NCBI GenBank assembly: GCA_027604505.1
Contig: JADIIX010000008.1
Location: 248,001 to 287,361 of the forward strand
Length of the DNA stretch: 39,361 bases
Direction: 5' to 3'
DNA from: Gonapodya sp. JEL0774
Taxonomy: Eukaryota
Shown here piece after piece: positions 33,595 to 39,361 of the stretch. The position numbers were made by a program, and so were the translations under genes. Position 1 is the first letter of the stretch. Every line of letters starts with the position of its first letter. The notes under the pieces were generated by a model, which did no database searches, was not told where the DNA came from, and worked only from the letters and a program-made list of their open reading frames with translations.

Positions 33595-36456
33595 TCTGAT
33601 ATCGGGACCGATTGTGACGAACGATCAGGAGTCTCGTTCGCCGACCAGACAACGGAAAAGATGAATTCCTCCTGTGTACTTTGAGTTTCCGAGCTATTAA
33701 ACGAAAAGCGAAATCCCCCGTTGAATGACGGAGAAGTGAATTATCTCTGAACAAGAAACTGTCCGACTTGCCTCCTGCCCTCACGCCCCCCCCGAAAACA
33801 GTTTGCCCTGATTTGGTGTCTTCTTACTCTAACTGCGAATCGGCTGCGTCACTCCCGAATTCACCGATCGATGTTTTTCGAAATGTAAGGGGAACACTGA
33901 AGCAGTGCGGTAATTCCGTCTTCGAAATCCATTTCAAAACTTCCCCTGCCCATATTTCCTGCAAAATCGACGCCGATCGCCCTGAAAATCACCTTACCTC
34001 TGAACAGGAGTCTCGACATCGGGTCCCGGCTCCCCTCGTCCAACGGTTCTGGATTCGTTCAGAGGAGGTCGTATTCTACTCCGTCAACGACCTATCATCA
34101 GCACCTGAGACCGTCTATAAGTCTCGTATAAGTTAATGAAGACTGTGAAAGGAGTTCGGGATCTCACCATTTCCACGACATGTGTGGTGTTGAAAAGGGA
34201 GTTTGCGAATCACACAATCATTTGGAGCGTTTGCGTGTACGGGTAATTGGAGCGCAATTCTAGTTAGTTCGTCCTCCTTTTTCGCTATTTGGCTGCTTCA
34301 ATTTGGTGCTGAACTTTGCGGGGCTCGATCGACTGGCATGACTTTCGGTCCCATCTTCAAATGAACAAGTCGCAATCCCTCGTCGCAGAGTGAACTTCAA
34401 CGGGAGCTTTGAACAAGGAGCCGGAAAATGAATCTGGACCTCCTCCTCTCCCATCAGCAATCCCCAACCTCCAGTCGCCTTTCTGGACATCAGTTTCGTC
34501 TGTCACCGGTAACGCATAGCGTTGTCATCCTCCCTTGTTACCCTTTTGCCTGTGTGCACGTCATCAATGAGTACATGCCATGATGTGTTGTTCATGCGGT
34601 GAAGAGGAACTGCGAAGATGTGACGGAGTTCGGGCATGCCTGGAACGATTGTACAAATCACAGTGGGTTCAGGAAAGTGACAAAGGATGTAAATGAAAAG
34701 AGAGGTGAGTTAATGATTGCGCTCCACTTTGATGATTAAAGTTGCGTTACAACTTGGGCAGAGGTCTAATGGCAACCGTTACTAATCTCGCACATCACCT
34801 CAAAGAATGTTGAGAGGAGGATAGGTGCATTAGAGACCGTCAACTTGGAATAATGGGTTCTTTACTCGGGGATCACCTACTCTCACACATCGTCACCACC
34901 CGTTGCCCCTTATCGTCACTAAAAGTTATCCGACGCACCTCGCCTTCAGCAATACCGATCACGCCAACCCGTTCGACGGATCGACCACTGCTAGGTCCGA
35001 CTGGTTGAGGGGGATCCCAGCAATTGCGGCGACACAGTGCCGACCAGCAGGAACACGGCTTGGAGGTACTGAGGAAGGTGAGCATACTCGAAGCTTCCGT
35101 GGCGCGGCGGGAGGATCGGAACTCAGGGGAGAGCGGTCACAGAGGGTGAATGCCCAACTGGGTCCAGCAGGAAGGGATGCCTGCTAGCATGCGGTTGGTA
35201 GATGCACGATTTGCAACATCTTTTAGCCGTGGGACTCGTCTTGCCCTGCTTCTCGAACGTGGCGCCGCCGCTACCACTCGTCGCACTCGTCTTCGTCCCT
35301 GCCCAATTGGCTCGTCGTGAATGGAGACGGAGAGGGAGAAAGAGGACGTAAAAGGAGAAGAGGAGACGGAGAGAGGATATGAGACTGGGAACATCGTGAT
35401 GTGAGTGTGATGGTGTTGTGGAGCGGAAGTTGACAGTGAGTGTAGTGCTGATGTCGACTCTGCAGGGGTTCAAAGACAGGCGAACTCGCACTCCCCTTCA
35501 ATAAAACGTACGCTGCATGACGCTGGACAAATGAGCGGAGACACAGCAGTGCAAGCATGGTCGACGGCCCATTATGGTGGCTGTATGAACGTGGCGGAGT
35601 CAGAGTGGAGTCGCAGGACAGAACGGGAACGGGACGGCGAAAAGAAACCACCGGGGGATATTTGGAACAGGGAGCTCCAAGAACAAGCGACACCATGATT
35701 CGCGTCTGTCAAAAAGGTAGGCCCCCATCATGAGAGATGAGTCGCTGGCTCTTGTTCCGAAAGGGGCAAGGAACGCGCGCCTCAGTACCAGTGTTCTACG
35801 GGACGGGATTTGTCTGATCAGGAGTGGGCGAGCGTGTGACGAACATGGGAACTCGGACATATGGAACGCGGCTGGGGATGCAGGTAAGTTCAAAAAACAA
35901 ATTACATATTAGATCTAATTTTGGATTCTTTGAGCTGAAAGATGGACAGCACAGCACTCTTGATGACACCCAGTTGTTGCCCTGTTGGCACATTATCTTT
36001 GTCAGTTGCAGTAGAGTTTGTAATCAAAATTAGGGGTCACAAGAAATTTTTTTCGCTTCGGGCGAATCAAAATCGGACCGGTGGTCCAAATATGTGAATA
36101 CTGCCGTGGCGAGTCCCCAAAGCTCATTAGTGGCACGCTCCTGACCAACACCATGCTTGCCATCGTCTTCCCCCTTTGCGATCAAAATAAATTGGTCTTG
36201 TCACCACAGCATTTCCTACTCAAAACGAATCTCTGGTTCCAAAATGACAAGAAAGAATAATCTCCTTCCTCCCAATAAGTTCCGAAAAACTTTGCACCGC
36301 AAGACACCACCACAAATTGAAAAATGTGTAGCACAGTGCGCGCTGGATGAGAAGGAAGCCTCGTTGTCTCATCATGCAGATTTGTTGGGGGATGATGACA
36401 GGGCCGCCACTTTTGTCTCTGTGTGGGTGGCCCATCTTCTCGATGGACTCAGTGCA

Positions 36457-38589
36457 ATGAGCAGTGACAAGACGGGATCCAATCCGTCAAAAGTAACGCC
36501 GATAGGAGATGGCACTGGACAGGCACTCGCGTCGTTGACACAAGTGACGCAGCCGACTTCGTCCGGGCCACCGTCCATCCGAATGTCTACAACCATCACA
36601 ACCATTCTACCATCCTCTGCATTTCTCTCTCCCTCGCCCTCTGTCTTTCCTCCTCCTCCAGATATGGCACAATCAGCATCCTCAGGAATACAACTTTCCG
36701 GGGGAGCATGGGCCGGACTTGGTGCTGGTGCATTTGTGGTCATCTCTGCGCTTATGATGGTTTCCATATATTTTTGGAGAGCCAATGATAAGCTCAGGAG
36801 GGATATGGCAGAGTTAAAAGGGAGGATACCCGAATCTCCAAGTACTTCGGGAGCAGCCAGGGCTTTGCAGTCGTCTCCAGAAACAACATTCTCGAATGAG
36901 CAGGTGCGTTTCAAAGGAGCAGGAGGGACGAAGTGGCTCCTCAGAAACTCAATCGTTCCTTCCTCACACTTCCTTAGTTATATTACCCCCAACAACTCGT
37001 CCCTGGAGGCAGCACGGCTTCTTCGGAATACTCATCTGGCGGCGCTTTTGAAGTCAACAAACCGTTCACTGCCGTCAACGAATATCGCTCGAAAGGTCCT
37101 GACGAGTTGGACGTCCGCATTGGTGACGAGATCATGGTGGAAGGGGTGAGTGCCACTGTAGTTTTGCGAACAGAGTGAGCAATACTTGGAGTGCTTGGTC
37201 ACACGGCAAGCAATTTGAAAGCACTTCCTGTGGTGAAGCGGAACTATGTCGGTATATGACCTATTTTGAGGGAGGTGCAACTGGAATGGGCTGCCACCGG
37301 TTGTTCATGTTTGAGCTTGGCGATTGCCTTGCTGAGCGATGGCGATTCGGCTGGTGAAAGAAATACTACTTATGCCGAATGTGACGTCCTGAGGCGTCGC
37401 TTCCTAACAAGTTCTGAACTGGTTTCGTTCATGTAGGTTTTCCCCGACGGCTGGGCGTTCGGTCGCAATCCCACTACCGGTGCTCAAGGAGTTCTTCCTC
37501 TCATCATTCTCGAGGGAGCTGAATACGTTATGCCCAATTTACCTGCTGGCACTCCTCCACGCACCATGTCCAAGTCCCTCTCCTTGCCTGCTTCGCACAT
37601 TATGAGATCACGACCAGTTGTATCGAGTCCCACTCCAATGAGTTCTTCCAATATTTTTGGAACTTTGTCGGGCTCAGCGTTCCTATCAGGTTTTTGGCGA
37701 GGCCAGCAGGCTCAAGCTCCAGTTTCGAATCCTGACATTTTCACCACAAGTGGTCAGCCATTTCCTCTGCCGCCCAGTGGCCCCGGTCGACCAGTAGTTT
37801 TGCCGGGTACTGTGTACATCCCCGCGGGAGGCTCCTTTATGCCCCCTGCAGGCAGCAGGTTGATGGGCGAAACGGTGTTGGTGGATTCAACGAAGTTGAA
37901 ACCGCACCAACCGGCAACCACCGAGTCCGCAGTTCGCGACATGCAAGCCCACACCTTTGCCTCTCTTGACACCTCCACCACCCTTTCATCCACCTTACCC
38001 CAAGTACGAATCTCTTCTCCTAGCCGTGAACCACCACCACCACCCCTCACGGACATGATGAGTGTTCCGCCCACCTCGTTCCCTCCAAAGGATCAGCAGG
38101 ACTCTTTGGGATCTCCCTACTGGCCTTCGCGGAGAGCTGAATCGGGAAAGGTGGGAGGACCTGAGATGGAATATTCTTTCGTCTTCGGAGCAAGTAGAAG
38201 ACTGTTTCCAGGTACGTGTTTCAGCTAAATTGGAGTTTTAGGCAGCCGAAGGGCTCTACCGTTCTTTGTACTCATAAATCACTGTTGATACCACAGACTT
38301 GGACAATCTCGCCACGACTGCCCCGCATCGCGACTACCTTGAACTGGGGGGCTCTCCAAATGAGACATCTCTCATAGTGTCAAAAATTTTCGTGGCTCTT
38401 TATGCATATACACCCGTGGAATCCGATGAACTGAAACTGGAACCCGGGGACCGCGTGTTTGTGCTCAGGGTAAATTGGGATGGATGGGCAGAGGGTTGGA
38501 AGGCGGTGGAGGGCGAAGAACGGGAAGAGGGCCAGCAAACATTTGTGTTTCCATTGGGAGCTTTGGATCTCGCGAGTGGTGGAGAGTAA
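36457..38589 (+). CDS. Single-pass membrane protein with a Ser/Thr-rich N-terminus and two SH3 domains (Fus1-like architecture); exons 36457-36903, 36978-37145, 37437-38211, 38297-38589; 560 aa
   Basis: TM LSGGAWAGLGAGAFVVISALMMVSIYFW. SH3-1 FTAVNEYRSKGPDELDVRIGDEIMVEG|VFPDGWAFGRN...GVLP spans an intron. SH3-2 FVALYAYTPVESDELKLEPGDRVFVLRVNWDGWAEG...VFP. The exons sum to 1,683 nt, in frame. Confidence 0.85.
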
Positions 38590-39361
38590 CCCTTTTTTGG
38601 TCAGAGCACTCACTGACTTGTAGCATCATTGCATCGGACAATTTCGCCAGACTATCGTTGATTTCTCGTCATTGTTGTTACATATTTTCAATGATAGTTT
38701 GCTCAGAATGAGCAATATTCCCCGTGTGCCATTTTTAGGATCAAACGGTTTAGCCGGCCTCTAATTAAGGTTTTCGTCATCGTTCTCATTGTCTAGCCAC
38801 TGTAGACTATCGAATAATATTGCGATACGAATCGTCACATAAGCATCTTTCAAATTGCACTCGTGAGCGTCAGAGTTGATTCTATATGTCAGGAGACGAC
38901 GTTATTGAGTTTCGCTCCCAAAGGCTCCTGGCCACTCCCAGCGCCTTCAGCTCCGCTCTGTAAGTTCGAGCATCGATTTGAGGAAATTTCGCATCGAATT
39001 TACGGGCTTTTAGGACCTTTCAGTCCTTGTTCTCGAGAAACGATGGTCGCCTTCGACAATTTATTGAAGGTAGTGCGTGGCGCTTGCGTGTCAATTAAGG
39101 GTGTCGGGGGTTGAAGAAGAATTTCTCGAGGTGGGTGATGTTGTGTGACACGACACCCAGAGTGTTGGAGCAGGCCAGAAGAACCTAGAACTACGTATGA
39201 GGTAGTAGAACTAGTACCACAACGACGAATACACTTTTTTGCCCCTTCTGGGCGTTCGATTTGTAGGCGCAAAAGAAGTTTAGACAAAGAACACGTAATC
39301 ACTTTCAACAAGCACGCGTAGCTCGTGGCGACTCCCTCAGGACGTTTCCCGAGTGAAAGAG

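Noticed and set aside
34138..34634. Similar ~22-mers (GAAGA.TGTGA..GGAGTTCGGG) about 475 bp apart as LTR or element ends
   Set aside because: The similarity is short and gapped, does not extend, and has no TSD or TG..CA ends.
38600..39361. Short ORFs at the right edge
   Set aside because: No motifs or coherent splice structure; treated as intergenic.

Overview
Eukaryotic, intron-rich genomic DNA with short spliceosomal introns (mostly 55-90 nt). An intact axonemal dynein together with fungal-type gene families points to a flagellated (zoosporic, chytrid-like) fungus; this is an inference. Manual splicing gives, in order: the 5' part of a mitochondrial HtrA/DegP (HtrA2/Omi-like) serine protease (-, runs off the left edge); a small MYND zinc-finger gene (+); a single-pass membrane protein with a Ser/Pro-rich tail (+); a complete 35-exon, ~4,420-aa inner-arm dynein heavy chain of the DNAH3/7/12 group (-); a disabled histidine acid phosphatase (-); a head-to-head pair of UPF0658-like multi-pass membrane paralogs (the - copy probably frameshifted, the + copy intact); a ~1,440-aa mitochondrial PPR protein (-); and a TM + 2xSH3 protein (+). 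I see no prokaryotic systems, CRISPR arrays, rRNA/tRNA or intact transposons, and I cannot support a wholly new multi-gene system. The best leads are an AVPI (Smac/IAP-binding-type) motif in the HtrA2-like precursor, extensive intron discordance between the adjacent paralogs, a two-gene block of local decay, and frequent non-YAG splice acceptors. All family assignments are from recalled motifs, not database searches.
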